Of a stretch of DNA of 64,000 bases, positions 41,615 through 52,192 are shown in pieces; the stretch's first letter is position 1, and every line of letters starts with the position of its first letter. Source of the DNA: an uncultured Chloroflexia bacterium (GTDB lineage: Bacteria; Chloroflexota; Anaerolineae; Anaerolineales; UBA4823); the NCBI GenBank assembly GCA_963705155.1, contig CAVPJC010000014.1, forward strand, positions 136,705 to 200,704, given 5' to 3'. The notes under the pieces were generated by a model, which was given only the letters and a program-made list of their open reading frames with translations, searched no databases and was not told where the DNA came from. A program made the position numbers and the translations under genes.

Positions 41615-44600
41615 CTAACGGAGTAACTCCTCCGCCTTCGTATACGCGTCTAATGCTTCTTGCAAGTTGCCGGCTCGAACATGTGCATCGCCAAGGGCCT
41701 GCCAGAAGGCAATATCAACCGGATAACGATAGAGAGCCTCGTTCAAATCTCGGATAACATCCGGAAGCATCTGTTTGGATTTTATGATCTCCTGGTAATG
41801 TTGAATTGCCTTCTCCCGATCTCCATGGATGAATGCGTTGCGCGCCTGGATCAGCAGCATTTGTTGGTCGTCTTGGATGCCATGGTATTGCTCTTCTGGT
41901 TCAGGTTCTAGCCTGTTTACAACGAGGCGAGTGGATAGCAACGCGACTGTTTCAGGGTCGAGACCTTCGACCATCAAAAGGTCTTGAAGATTATCAAATG
42001 CGCCATGAGCATTACGGTACTCCAGAATAGCTTGCGCCCGGATGTACCCGATGCCTGGGAGACGCTCCAATTCCACCAAACCTGCCTGGTTAAGATCCAG
42101 TAAGGGATAAACTATTTCAGCCGGTTCAATCCTGGCTGGTTGCTGCTCTTCCAATTCCGAGGGTGGTTGCCATTGTGAAATATCTGCGGTTTCTTGACGT
42201 TCTTCCACATCAGCCAACCAGGAAGGTAATTCTGGCATGACCTCTGCAGTCACCGGTTCTGCCTCTGGCTTGGGGGCTTCGAGTGCAGTTTCTTCCTCCG
42301 TAAAGAGCCAGGATGCCTCGGCCTCCGCTGGCACCGGCGCTTCCACGGTGGTGATTGGGGTTTCCTCAACCTCCGGTGTAAAGGGTTGGAGCTCGGCCTC
42401 CGGTTCAAGGACTTCAACTTCTGGCAAACTCGTGTCGGCAGGAATTTCAGCAAGCGGTTCTTCAGCTACCAGGTCTTGCTCAACCTGAGCAACTTCACCT
42501 TCCAACTGTGTGGGGGTAACCAATTCAGATGCTGATGCCAGCTCAGCTTGTTCTGCCGCTTGCACGACCCAATCTGGGGGCGCATCCAGCCGGTCTTCGG
42601 GTTTGAGGAGGAGCGCCTCTTCAGCACCTTGCCGGGCAGCCAAACTTTCCAACCAGGCAAAAGCCGCATCGTCATCGACAGGCAAGACCGCAGGCTCCGT
42701 GATCGATGGGGAAACTTCCTCGCTTATATCGGGAATTTCAACTTCCGGAGTGCTTATGACTTCTTCGGTCACAGATTCTAGAGCCGCTGGAAGTTCTGCA
42801 ATCAGCAAATCTTCGGTTGGCAGTTCTGCAGCAGGCAGTTCTTCGAGTGGCAGCTCCTCTGCAGGTAGATCTTCAACTGGCTGTTTATCCTCGACAGGTA
42901 GGTCAACCGCACCTTCAGCCAATTCAAGCTCAGATAAAGTTTGCTGCACTTCTCCTGTATCTTCCGAAATCTCTAGCTGGGAGGCAGCCTCCTCGGGGGA
43001 TTGTGTGGCCTCAACCGCAAACGCTGGGGTCTCCGGCTCACCCAGGTCTCTCAGCCAATCGGGAAGCTGTTCTACCGATGCTTCGAGAGCAGCTTTTTCG
43101 TCAATCCAGGCAGCCGGTTCGGAAACTTCAGGAGTAAGAGCTTCGCCCTGCGCGGCAGCGACGCCCAGGGCAGCTGCTGACGTGGCTTCCTCAGAGATGC
43201 CGCGCAACCAATCGGGAATTTCATCAGCGGGAACAGCCTCTTCGGCGTCAACGACTGATAGAGATTCCGGTACGGTTGTCTCGATCACTTCTTGCGGGGC
43301 AGTCGTCTGATCCTGGAGCGCCCGAACTCGAGTTGGCTTGGTATCGCCGATTTCAACAGGAGGTTCTTCACCAGGTTGTGGTATTGCATTCGATGCGGCA
43401 GCTAATATTTGCGGACCAAAAAGCATCGAGAACCCGGTTTCGGGGGTAATCTCTTCCTGGGTTTTCGTTAACCAGGCGGGCAAATCCGGAGATATTTCGG
43501 CTTTTATGGGTTCACCGGTCTCAAATAATTCTTCCAGCGGAGCACCTGGCTCGACGGGTGTGGTCGTACCAAGGTCCTTCAACCAATCAGGCAGCGCGGC
43601 AGGTTCAGCGGCGCTGGCTTGAATCTCTCCAACCGGTGTTTCAAAGGTTAGCGGCTCAGGTGTCGAGGCTGATGTGTCATCCAGTTCCTTCAACCAGTCG
43701 GGCACATCCGCCGGTTGAGCCGATAGCTGCGGTTCAAATTGACCGGAGGCCACAAAAGCATCACTTGAGTCATCCGATGAACCCTCAGGCGCAAGCTCTT
43801 TTAGCCAGTCTGGCAAACTCGCAGCTTCACCGCCTGAAATCTGCCCTTCTGGTTGAAATCCCGTGTCCTGGATGAGTGGTTCGGCAGCAGATTGTGCTTC
43901 CAGATCCTTTAGCCACTCGGGCAGATCTGTTGCAGGTTCTATCGGAAGATCCAAGGTCTCGTCGGAAGGCATGGAGAGGTCCTCCATTTCGGCTGGTTCA
44001 CTAACGCCTTCGGCTTCGAATAATCGAGATTCAAGTGGGGTAATTTCCATTAAAGGCAAGTCAGGCTCAAGGGGTTCGATGGGCTGCCATTCATCGGATG
44101 CGGGCGTACTCAACCAATCTGGTGTTTCAGCTTCGACTGTTTCTTCAACCTCAAGTTCAGCGGTTGGCTGCTCCCATATGCTGGCTTCCGGGGATGTTAT
44201 TGCGTCTGTCAGGTCTGACCGGATTTCTTCCTGCTCGGCGGCTTTTAAGACCCAGTCGGGAGGTGTTTCGCGACGTTCCTCCGGGCTGAGGATTAATGCC
44301 TCCTCCGCACCCTGTTTGGCTGCAAGGCTCTCCAACCAGGCGAAAGCCGCGTCGTCATCGACATTGGCCTGGACAGATGGAATTTCATCCGCCTGGACGG
44401 GTATGATTTCTCCTTCCAGTTCTGGAATTTCTGCCGCCAAGGATGCAGAGACGTCTTCAGAAAGGGACTCTTCGGGGGCGGGTTCTTCCAGCCAATCAGG
44501 CATTTCCGGAGTATCTGCTGATTTATTGATTTGAGCAGCATCGAGCGGAATTTCTTCAGGTGTTTCTGACCATTCCGGTAGGGAGATTCCTTCAACTTCA

Positions 44601-45889
44601 ACAGCAGTTTGGGAAGATAACCAGTCGGGCATGTCTTCACTCGGTGCCGGAATCGTTTCGTCGATCCAGGCCGGTGGAGCATCCGCATCGAGGTCGGCTG
44701 CACTGGCAACCTGATCATCTAATTGGTCAGGATGAGCGATTTCTTTGAGCCACTCAGGGATATCACCTGGCGCGGCTTCTTCGGGGATATTCGGGAAATC
44801 GTCCAGAGCCAGATCGGCTGGTTGTTCTTCAGCTTCGGCGCTGGCTGGCTTCCATCCCGCAGACTTCATCCAATCTGGAATTGCCTCCTCGGCGTTGATT
44901 TCAGCTTCTGGTAACTCTGAACTGAGAGTTTCTTCCTCGTGCTGTTGCAAACTGTCAGGAATGGTGTCTTCGATGATGGGGGATTTGAAATCAGCACGAT
45001 CCATTAACCAATCGGGTAGTTTTTCCTCATCGGTCTGTGGTTGGTCGATTTTTACCCCGAGTGAGGCAGCCCAATCAGGTTGGGAAACAGTTCCAGCAGC
45101 AGATTGTCCGGGAACGTAGACAAGCTTTTCGAGAAAGACAGCATCGTCAGATACTTTCTCTACTACCGGTGCCGCCTGGGAAATTTGCGCCAAATAGGGA
45201 TCGAGCACATACATGCGTTGGCGGTAAGTCTCACCTTCTGCGGATCTTTCTGTGCCTGCCAGGATATTTGCCAGAATGCGGTTTGCTTCAAGGCTGAAAG
45301 GCATTTTAGTGTGAATGTTGCTGCACACATTGGCTGCCTCTACCTTCTGTCCAGAAAGATAGTATGCCTGGGCCAGTAAAGTCTGCAAATCCTGACGGTC
45401 CGGGTTCTCGGCCAGCGCCGCCCGCAATTCAGAGATTGCCTGTGGATAAAGCTCACCCTTGAGATACATTCTTGCCAGAGCGCCGCGGGTCAGCCGGACT
45501 TTGGGAGGTTCAAGTCCGTCACGACGGCCGTACAGGCGTCTGAGCTCTCCTTGAATGGCATTATTGGCTGGCTGTACCTCAAAGGCACGCTCCATATGCC
45601 AGATGGCTTCATCCAAATTGCTCTCATCTTCGCGAATGATGCTCATCCCCACATGGGAAACAAAGTCATCTGGGATGGCTGATAGGACCCGCTGGAAGAT
45701 ATCCGAAGCATCTCCGTAGCGTTGACTTTCCAAATAAGCCTTCCCAAGTAAACGATAGGTCTGGAGATGCTTGGGAAATGTTTTCAGGATGTGGAGGGAA
45801 TGAGCGATTGCCTGATCAAATTGGTGCTGATCGGTCAGGATTTCAATCTCACGATTATATGCTCTCAGGTTTATCTTTGCCATTTTCAA
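41615..45889 (-). CDS. 1424-aa TPR protein with long acidic PxW-repeat linker, ComEA-type HhH domain and C-terminal TPR
   Basis: N-terminal TPRs, about 19 [LIMVPTQ]P[DEAS]W motifs, LDLNQA..LERLPGIGYIRAQAILEYR HhH motif, and C-terminal WQALGDAH TPR. Confidence 0.85.
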   Translation of the reverse strand: MKMAKINLRAYNREIEILTDQHQFDQAIAHSLHILKTFPKHLQTYRLLGKAYLESQRYGDASDIFQRVLSAIPDDFVSHVGMSIIREDESNLDEAIWHMERAFEVQPANNAIQGELRRLYGRRDGLEPPKVRLTRGALARMYLKGELYPQAISELRAALAENPDRQDLQTLLAQAYYLSGQKVEAANVCSNIHTKMPFSLEANRILANILAGTERSAEGETYRQRMYVLDPYLAQISQAAPVVEKVSDDAVFLEKLVYVPGQSAAGTVSQPDWAASLGVKIDQPQTDEEKLPDWLMDRADFKSPIIEDTIPDSLQQHEEETLSSELPEAEINAEEAIPDWMKSAGWKPASAEAEEQPADLALDDFPNIPEEAAPGDIPEWLKEIAHPDQLDDQVASAADLDADAPPAWIDETIPAPSEDMPDWLSSQTAVEVEGISLPEWSETPEEIPLDAAQINKSADTPEMPDWLEEPAPEESLSEDVSASLAAEIPELEGEIIPVQADEIPSVQANVDDDAAFAWLESLAAKQGAEEALILSPEERRETPPDWVLKAAEQEEIRSDLTDAITSPEASIWEQPTAELEVEETVEAETPDWLSTPASDEWQPIEPLEPDLPLMEITPLESRLFEAEGVSEPAEMEDLSMPSDETLDLPIEPATDLPEWLKDLEAQSAAEPLIQDTGFQPEGQISGGEAASLPDWLKELAPEGSSDDSSDAFVASGQFEPQLSAQPADVPDWLKELDDTSASTPEPLTFETPVGEIQASAAEPAALPDWLKDLGTTTPVEPGAPLEELFETGEPIKAEISPDLPAWLTKTQEEITPETGFSMLFGPQILAAASNAIPQPGEEPPVEIGDTKPTRVRALQDQTTAPQEVIETTVPESLSVVDAEEAVPADEIPDWLRGISEEATSAAALGVAAAQGEALTPEVSEPAAWIDEKAALEASVEQLPDWLRDLGEPETPAFAVEATQSPEEAASQLEISEDTGEVQQTLSELELAEGAVDLPVEDKQPVEDLPAEELPLEELPAAELPTEDLLIAELPAALESVTEEVISTPEVEIPDISEEVSPSITEPAVLPVDDDAAFAWLESLAARQGAEEALLLKPEDRLDAPPDWVVQAAEQAELASASELVTPTQLEGEVAQVEQDLVAEEPLAEIPADTSLPEVEVLEPEAELQPFTPEVEETPITTVEAPVPAEAEASWLFTEEETALEAPKPEAEPVTAEVMPELPSWLADVEERQETADISQWQPPSELEEQQPARIEPAEIVYPLLDLNQAGLVELERLPGIGYIRAQAILEYRNAHGAFDNLQDLLMVEGLDPETVALLSTRLVVNRLEPEPEEQYHGIQDDQQMLLIQARNAFIHGDREKAIQHYQEIIKSKQMLPDVIRDLNEALYRYPVDIAFWQALGDAHVRAGNLQEALDAYTKAEELLR
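42545..44362 (-). repeat. Internal ~43-aa duplication in the TPR protein (copies ~42545-42680 and ~44230-44362)
   Basis: DDDAAFAWLESLAA(K/R)QGAEEAL.L.PE.R...PPDWV..AAEQ occurs twice, with DNA-level similarity. Confidence 0.8.
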
Positions 45890-45982
45890 CCTTTCCCTGT
45901 TAAATCACTTCTGGAGGCATGATATGCTTAGTATGCCTCATGTTTCAGATTGTGACAAGAGTATTAAAATATAGTTCTCATT

Positions 45983-46016
45983 AAAAAATCGTGCAGGTGT
46001 TCTCCACCTGCACGAT
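45983..46016 (-). terminator. Intrinsic terminator of hppA
   Basis: ATCGTGCAGGTG/CACCTGCACGAT 12-bp stem followed by a U-run on the minus strand. Confidence 0.85.
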
Positions 46017-46070
46017 GCATGACTTGTACCAACTGACCTAACAGATTGTGCGAGGAAAACCGATTTGCGC

Positions 46071-48431
46071 TCAATCACCGGAAGCGGGGCGGTTGAAAAC
46101 TGCGGTTGGTCTCTTGCTTTGCATGATTGCCCAGACAACCGCCGCCAGCAACAAAACGACCACCAGCAATACGCCGATGTTCAGCTCGCTGTATTTCACA
46201 ATGATCGGAGCAGCAATAAGGCTCACCAGATTGGTTACTTTGATCATCGGGTTGAGTGCTGGTCCAGCGGTATCCTTCAGCGGGTCGCCAACCGTGTCAC
46301 CAACGACTCCCGCCTTGTGACGTTCGGAGCCTTTTCCCGTGTTAGCAACCAGGTCACGAGGTTCATCTTCGATCGATTTCTTGGCGTTATCCCAGGCGCC
46401 GCCGGCATTGGACATAAACACAGCCAGAAGCTGGCCACTCAAGATGATGCCTGCCAGGAAGCCACCCAAAGCTTCTACCTGAAGAACCAGGCCGACTGCC
46501 AGCGGCATAAGCACTGATATGACAGCCAGTGGGATCAGTTCCTTTTGTGCGGCTGCGGTCGAAATGCCGACGACTTGCGCGTAATCCGGTTTTACTGTGC
46601 CTTCCATGATACCGGGGATACGAAATTGCCGGCGTACTTCCTCAACAATCAGCCCGGCAGCGCGGCTGACCGCACGGATGGAAAGTGAGCTGAACAACCA
46701 AGGTAATGCGCCGCCGAGCAGCAGGCCGATGAAAACGCGGGTATCCGAAACGCGGATGCCAGTATCCTGAATTAAAACCAGGAACGGTTTGACTTTACCT
46801 GCAGCCTCAGCTACCAGATTGGCTGCCAGCTGCACCTTACCAACATCTGTGATAAATGAGGCAAACAGGCTGATTGCAGCGATCACTGCGGAGGCAATCG
46901 CAACACCTTTGGTGATTGCTTTCGTCGTATTGCCCACTGCATCCAGGTCGGCCATAATCTGGCGAGCTTTGCGGGTTTCTTCATCGTCCATATCGTGCCA
47001 TGCCATTTCGCCGATCCCGTTGGCGTTGTCCGAGATGGGCCCGTATGAGTCCATCGCCACATTATTGCCGGTGTGGCTGAGCATACCGATGCCAATCATG
47101 GCAACGGCGTAAAGAACGAAAATGGGACCCTGGGCATTATAGAGCAGCAGTGCAAAGATGAAGCTGATGACGATGACCACCAAAGCCCAGACGCTCGATT
47201 CCATGCCGACCGAAAGGCCTGAGAGAATCGTGGTTGCCGGACCACCTTTGGTGGACTCCACGATTTCTTTCACCGGAGGCCGCTTGGTAGAGGTGAAGTA
47301 TGATGTCAGCGGATTGAATGCCACAGCCAGGCCTACGCCGATGGTGGTCAGCATAGCCATTTTCCAGTCATTGGCGTACAGCAGTGCCAGTACGAATGCC
47401 CACACGATGGTGTTGACGCTGGAAACCTCGTAGGAGCGGAACATGGCTTCTTCGGCGTCGTGGGCACGCAGGAACTTGATGGGGAATTTTTCCCAGATGG
47501 GGACGGTGAAGGTGCCGATAATCGAGCTGATCACGCCAATGGCACGGATGATCAGAGGATAAACAATCCATTTCAGGCTATGGGTGGGATCGATGGCTAC
47601 CAAGGCCAGGCCGAGGATCAAGCCGGAAACAATGGTCACCTCATAACTCTCGAAGATATCGGCTGCCATACCGGCGCAGTCGCCCACGTTATCGCCCACA
47701 AGATCTGCGATGACAGCAGCATTGCGGGGATCATCTTCAGGAATATCTTTTTCAACTTTACCCACCAGGTCAGCACCGACATCGGCGGCTTTGGTAAAGA
47801 TACCACCACCCACACGCATAAACAATGCGATGAGAGTGCCGCCGAAACCAAATCCAAGCAATGCATCGGGCGCGGCGGTTCCAAAGATGATGAAAATGAT
47901 CGTACCGCCAAACAAACCCAGCCCGTCTGTGAGCATGCCGGTGATCGTGCCCGCATAGTAAGCAATCGTCAGTGATTCGGTAAAATCACGCCTGGCGGCT
48001 GAGGCGGCGCGCACGTTGGCCTGGATAGCCATGCGCATACCAAGCTGTCCAACCGTCAATGAGAAGGTAGCCCCCATGATAAAGGCAATGGTACGACCGA
48101 TCGCCACGATGATCTGGGCATTTGCGGCGCCGAATTCTTTCACGGCTTCGGCGCTGGGAGGAACAATGTACACACTGAGGAATAAGGCAATAGTAAGGAC
48201 GCCGATGAGCGGCAAGATTGATTTCAACTGGCGGGTCAAATAGCTCTCTGCACCGATGCGGATAGCATTCCAGACTTCCTGCATCTTTGCGCTGCCTTTA
48301 TCTTTGTTCATTACATTGCCGCGCAGCATCCAGGCATAAAGCAAGCTAATGAAAGATGTGATAACAACCCCGATAATCGCAATCTGTTCAAAATTGTTAA
48401 GGCCGTGCCGGGCAAGTCCCAATATGTTCAT
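46071..48431 (-). CDS. hppA: Membrane-bound H+-translocating pyrophosphatase, K+-independent type
   Basis: GGGIFTKAADVGADLVGKVE, DNVGDCAG, GGAWDNAKK and GDTVGDPLKD motifs. GNTTKA carries the Lys of K+-independent enzymes. Confidence 0.95.
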   Translation of the reverse strand: MNILGLARHGLNNFEQIAIIGVVITSFISLLYAWMLRGNVMNKDKGSAKMQEVWNAIRIGAESYLTRQLKSILPLIGVLTIALFLSVYIVPPSAEAVKEFGAANAQIIVAIGRTIAFIMGATFSLTVGQLGMRMAIQANVRAASAARRDFTESLTIAYYAGTITGMLTDGLGLFGGTIIFIIFGTAAPDALLGFGFGGTLIALFMRVGGGIFTKAADVGADLVGKVEKDIPEDDPRNAAVIADLVGDNVGDCAGMAADIFESYEVTIVSGLILGLALVAIDPTHSLKWIVYPLIIRAIGVISSIIGTFTVPIWEKFPIKFLRAHDAEEAMFRSYEVSSVNTIVWAFVLALLYANDWKMAMLTTIGVGLAVAFNPLTSYFTSTKRPPVKEIVESTKGGPATTILSGLSVGMESSVWALVVIVISFIFALLLYNAQGPIFVLYAVAMIGIGMLSHTGNNVAMDSYGPISDNANGIGEMAWHDMDDEETRKARQIMADLDAVGNTTKAITKGVAIASAVIAAISLFASFITDVGKVQLAANLVAEAAGKVKPFLVLIQDTGIRVSDTRVFIGLLLGGALPWLFSSLSIRAVSRAAGLIVEEVRRQFRIPGIMEGTVKPDYAQVVGISTAAAQKELIPLAVISVLMPLAVGLVLQVEALGGFLAGIILSGQLLAVFMSNAGGAWDNAKKSIEDEPRDLVANTGKGSERHKAGVVGDTVGDPLKDTAGPALNPMIKVTNLVSLIAAPIIVKYSELNIGVLLVVVLLLAAVVWAIMQSKRPTAVFNRPASGD

Positions 48432-48466
48432 ACTCTCTGCTCCTCGAATTTGGTCGGATTTATAAC

Positions 48467-48496
48467 AAAAAAACCCAAACGATTATGCGTCTGGGT
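48467..48496 (-). terminator. Premature terminator in the hppA 5' leader
   Basis: Minus strand ACCCAGACG-CATAAT-CGTTTGGG-TTTTTTT, located between the promoter and the RBS. Confidence 0.7.
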
Positions 48497-48552
48497 ATTT
48501 TTCTAAAAATTTGTCCATCTCGATGCGAACAATTGAGCCAGCATGATGGTTT

Positions 48553-48581
48553 ATTTTACCCAATGCACTTTGAAAAGTCAA
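48553..48581 (-). promoter_or_regulatory. Sigma70-type promoter of hppA
   Basis: Minus strand TTGACT, 17-bp spacer, TAAAAT. Confidence 0.7.
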
Positions 48582-48703
48582 ACCTATTATTATGTGGAGT
48601 TAAACCGTTTTCTACCATACCTTCCCGCCAACTGTAAAAGTTCCGACCTGGCCGATAAACTTTTGGGAGTTGATTAGATTTTCATTAGAAATCTCAGAAC
48701 CAC

Positions 48704-48733
48704 TTGACTTTGCTACTTTTTTTGTTGTATAAC
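48704..48733 (+). promoter_or_regulatory. Candidate sigma70 promoter of the ABC operon
   Basis: TTGACT, 18-bp spacer (containing a T homopolymer), TATAAC. Confidence 0.55.
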
Positions 48734-48861
48734 ATCTTACGGGTCAATCTACAACGAGCAGTAATTGTTGATTGTCTCAGGGAAATTACGCAAGTGATCC
48801 GCTGAATTAAGCACTGCCGCCGTTTGACGGTCGCTGTGCTTTTTGTTGTCAGGAGCATTGT

Positions 48862-49828
48862 ATGATCCAGGTAGAAGGATTAACGAAAGATTACGGGCTG
48901 CGACGAGCCATCGACCAACTTAAATTTTAATGCCCAAAAAGGAGAAATTGTCGGCTTTTTGGGTCCGAACGGTGCTGGAAAAACCACAACCATGCGTATC
49001 TTGACCGGATACATGCCCCCGACAGCCGGGCAGGCGTTGGTGGCCGGTTTTGATGTTGTCGAAAAATCGCTGGAAGTTCGCAAGCGGGTCGGATATCTTC
49101 CGGAGACGGTTCCGTTATATCCAGATATGACCGTATTCGATTATTTAAAGTATATGGGTGATTTGCGTAAACTCAAGAATGTTGAAGACCGCGTCGATGA
49201 TGTCCTTGAGCTGGTTCACATGGAAGATCGGGCCGAAGGGTACATAGGCAACCTGTCGAAAGGAATGCGGCAGCGGGTGGGTCTGGCACAAGCGCTGTTG
49301 CACCAACCGGAAGTGTTGATATTGGATGAGCCCACAATTGGTCTCGACCCGGCGCAGATGCATGAAGTACGAAACCTGATTCGTGAGCTGGGAAAAGAGC
49401 GAACGGTGATGCTTTCTACCCACATCCTGTCGGAAGCACAACAAGTCTGCAACCGGGTGTTGATTATCAATAAAGGAAAGATCGTCGTTGAAGATACTCC
49501 GGAAAATTTGCAGGCAGGATTGGCAGGAGTGCAGCGGGTAGCCATCCGGGTGCGCGGCGATGCGGATGGATTGGATCGCACCATTCTGGCGGTAAAAGGC
49601 GTCAAGAAGGTTTCGGCGTCAGGTGATGGAGGACTTGAATTTGAGACGATCCCCAACCTGGACGCCAGGCCGGATGTGGCCCGGAGTGTCATCGATGCCG
49701 GTTTTGACTTGTTGGAAATGCGCCTGTTGGGTCTCAGCCTTGAGGATATTTTCTTACAACTGACCCGGGATGAACCAGAACCACCTCAAATGGCAGATGC
49801 ACCTGCCGAAGGTGATGAAGAGATCTAA
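48862..49828 (+). CDS. ABC transporter ATP-binding protein (GldA-like); frameshift ~48920
   Basis: AGGAG RBS, MIQVEGLTKDYG, GPNGAGKTT, LSKGMRQRVG and ILDEPTIGLDP motifs. Confidence 0.9.
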
Positions 49829-49847
49829 AGGTTGACAGGATAAATCA

Positions 49848-50579
49848 ATGCGAAACGTCTGGACAATCGCCTCACGCGAATACAAGCTATATTTTTCCAG
49901 CCCGGCAGCCTACATGGTAGCGTTTGTGATGCTGCTGGTTTTAGGAATTATATTTTATGCAAATGTTGTCGGCGCGATGATGCAGCAATTCCCTCCGGGG
50001 ATCCAAATCGTCTTTGGACCGTTGATGACGGTGCTCTTATTTGTTACACCTGCCATCACCATGCGTCTGCTGGCTGAAGAGCAGCGTCTTGGAACGATGG
50101 AACTTTTGCTCACGGCGCCAATCAAAGATTGGGAGCTGATCGTGGGCAAGTGGCTCGGCGGTTTCATGTTTTTACTCACCATCGTTGCCATCACATGGTT
50201 GTATCCGATTTTGCTCAACCAAATTGTGGATCCTGGAATTGACCAGGGCCCGCTCGTCTCGGGTTACCTGGGGATCATCCTGTTCATTGCGTCTCTGGTC
50301 GCAGTTGGGGTAGCCATGTCTGCCATGTTCAGCAACCAGATCGCTGTTTTTTTCGGAACACTGGGTGTTTATTTATTATTATGGTTGATCAGCCTGCCCT
50401 CACAAGCAATGAGCTCTGCCGGGGGTGAGGTGCTACGCTATCTTGATATCAGTGAACATTTCTATAATACTTTTTATCGCGGCATCATCGATGTCAGCGA
50501 TATTATTTATTACTTGAGTCTGACCGCCCTGGCGCTTTTTCTTGGTTCTGTGCTGGTTGAGAGCCGGAGGTGGCGCTAA
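49848..50579 (+). CDS. ABC-2 permease (GldF-like)
   Basis: YFSSPAAY, PAITMRLLAEEQRLGTMELLLTAP and SNQI motifs. Confidence 0.9.
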   Translation: MRNVWTIASREYKLYFSSPAAYMVAFVMLLVLGIIFYANVVGAMMQQFPPGIQIVFGPLMTVLLFVTPAITMRLLAEEQRLGTMELLLTAPIKDWELIVGKWLGGFMFLLTIVAITWLYPILLNQIVDPGIDQGPLVSGYLGIILFIASLVAVGVAMSAMFSNQIAVFFGTLGVYLLLWLISLPSQAMSSAGGEVLRYLDISEHFYNTFYRGIIDVSDIIYYLSLTALALFLGSVLVESRRWR

Positions 50580-52128
50580 TGAACACTGAATGGCGACGTT
50601 TTGCACCGTATGGGCTATATCTTGCTTTGGTGGCTGCGCTGGCGGCAGGTATCATATATATTATTCAACGTGAATGGAACCTTTACCTGCAGATCAGCCT
50701 GGGATTGGTCGTGCTTGGGCTGGCTATTTTTGCGCTTCTTGATCCCAAGAAAGTGCGTGAACTACTCACGGGTCGTCAAGCCCGCTACGGCAGCAATTCT
50801 CTGGTGATGATCGTGGCATTTATTGGCATTTTGGTGGTGGTTAACTATCTCGGCTACCAAAATTCAAAACGCTGGGACCTGACCGAGGATAAAGAGAATA
50901 CGCTGGCGGAGGAGAGCCTGAATACCTTAAAAAGTCTGCCAGAACCGGTGGTTGCTCAGGCATTCTTTTCGGTGCGTATTTCACCAGAGGCGGCAAAAGG
51001 TTTGTTGGAGCAGTACAAATTCGAAAGCAATGGGAAATTCGATTACAAATTCATCGATCCAGAAGGTGATCCACTGGCTGCCCAGGAGGCCAAAATCACT
51101 CAAGACGGCACGGTGGTGCTCCGGATGGGCAACCGTCTCGAAAGGGTGTCCCTGGTAAGTGAAAAGGAAATTACAGCAGCTATGGTGCGCCTGTTGAGCA
51201 ATGATACCCGGGCGGTCTATTCTTAACCGGGCACGGGGAGCGAGACCTGAATGGCACTAACCCTGAGGCATATTCGAGCGCGCGCCAGGTTCTGGAAAGT
51301 AAAAATTATCAGGTTCAATCACTCAACTTGCTCACAACCAACAAGATTCCAGATAACGCGAAAGTCATTGTTATTGCCGGGCCAATCCAACCTGTCACTG
51401 CGCAAGAAGTTGAAATGTTGAAAAACTACCTGGTCAACGGAGGTTCGCTCGTGGTTCTGGAAGAACCATTGCCCTTGACTTAATTTGGGGACCAGCCGGA
51501 TCCACTGGCAGAATACCTGCAACAATCCCTGGGGGTTACCCTGGGAAAGGATGTTGTGGTGGATACCACGTCACAACAGCCATTGGTAGCATTTGCCAAC
51601 CAATACGCAAATCACCCGATCAGCGAGAGATTACAAGGTGTTGCAGCATATTTTCCCACCGCGCGCAGTGTTCGTGTAACCTCTGAGATCACTGGCACCA
51701 ATTCGATCGAGCTGGTGCTTACTGCAGATCAGTCGTGGGCTGAAACCGACCTGGCGGGATTACAAGAACAAAATCCCCAGGTACAACCCGATGAAGGCGT
51801 AGACTTGATCGGTCCGGTGTCGATGGCGGTTGTAGCCCAGAACGACGCCACTAAACAGCGTGTGGTCGTTTTTGGCGATGTGGATTTTGCGAGTGATGGT
51901 TATTTTGGGCAGCTTGCTAACGGCGACTTGTTCATCAACGCGGTTGACTGGGCGGCAGAACAGGAAAACCTGATTAATCTTACGCCAAAAGACCAGACGC
52001 AGCGCATACTGCTTCCACCTCAAAAATACACGTTAGGCTTAATCCTGTTCGGATCGGTTTTCCTGCTTCCGGGGATTGTCTTTGCAGCGGGTGTAGTGGT
52101 ATGGGCACAACGGCGAAAACGTGGTTAA
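50579..52128 (+). CDS. GldG-like ABC auxiliary component; frameshift ~51220 and in-frame TAA at 51481
   Basis: RWDLTEDKENTL, VY(F)LTGHGE, VVVFGDVDF and NAVDW motifs, plus a C-terminal TM and RRKR. Confidence 0.82.
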
Positions 52129-52192
52129 TAAAAAAACAGACAAAAGTTACCTTTCAAATGTCTGAAATTTTTCGGGAACTTTGAGGATTGGT

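Noticed and set aside
42237-45119. Long Ser/Gly-rich plus-strand ORFs (e.g. 42510-43310, 43863-44534)
   Set aside because: They are antisense shadows of the Glu/Pro/Ala-biased TPR gene, with no RBS or domain signatures.
48740-48845. c-di-AMP or glycine riboswitch (CGCTGAAT and TCTCAGG fragments)
   Set aside because: Only isolated short matches are present and the remaining consensus elements are missing.
10380-51483. TAA read-through as Gln (alternative genetic code), suggested by three in-frame TAA codons
   Set aside because: Many genes end normally in TAA, and the same GANTC->GANTT change also produces missense errors (RpoD WWIC), so a motif-specific miscall explains all cases.
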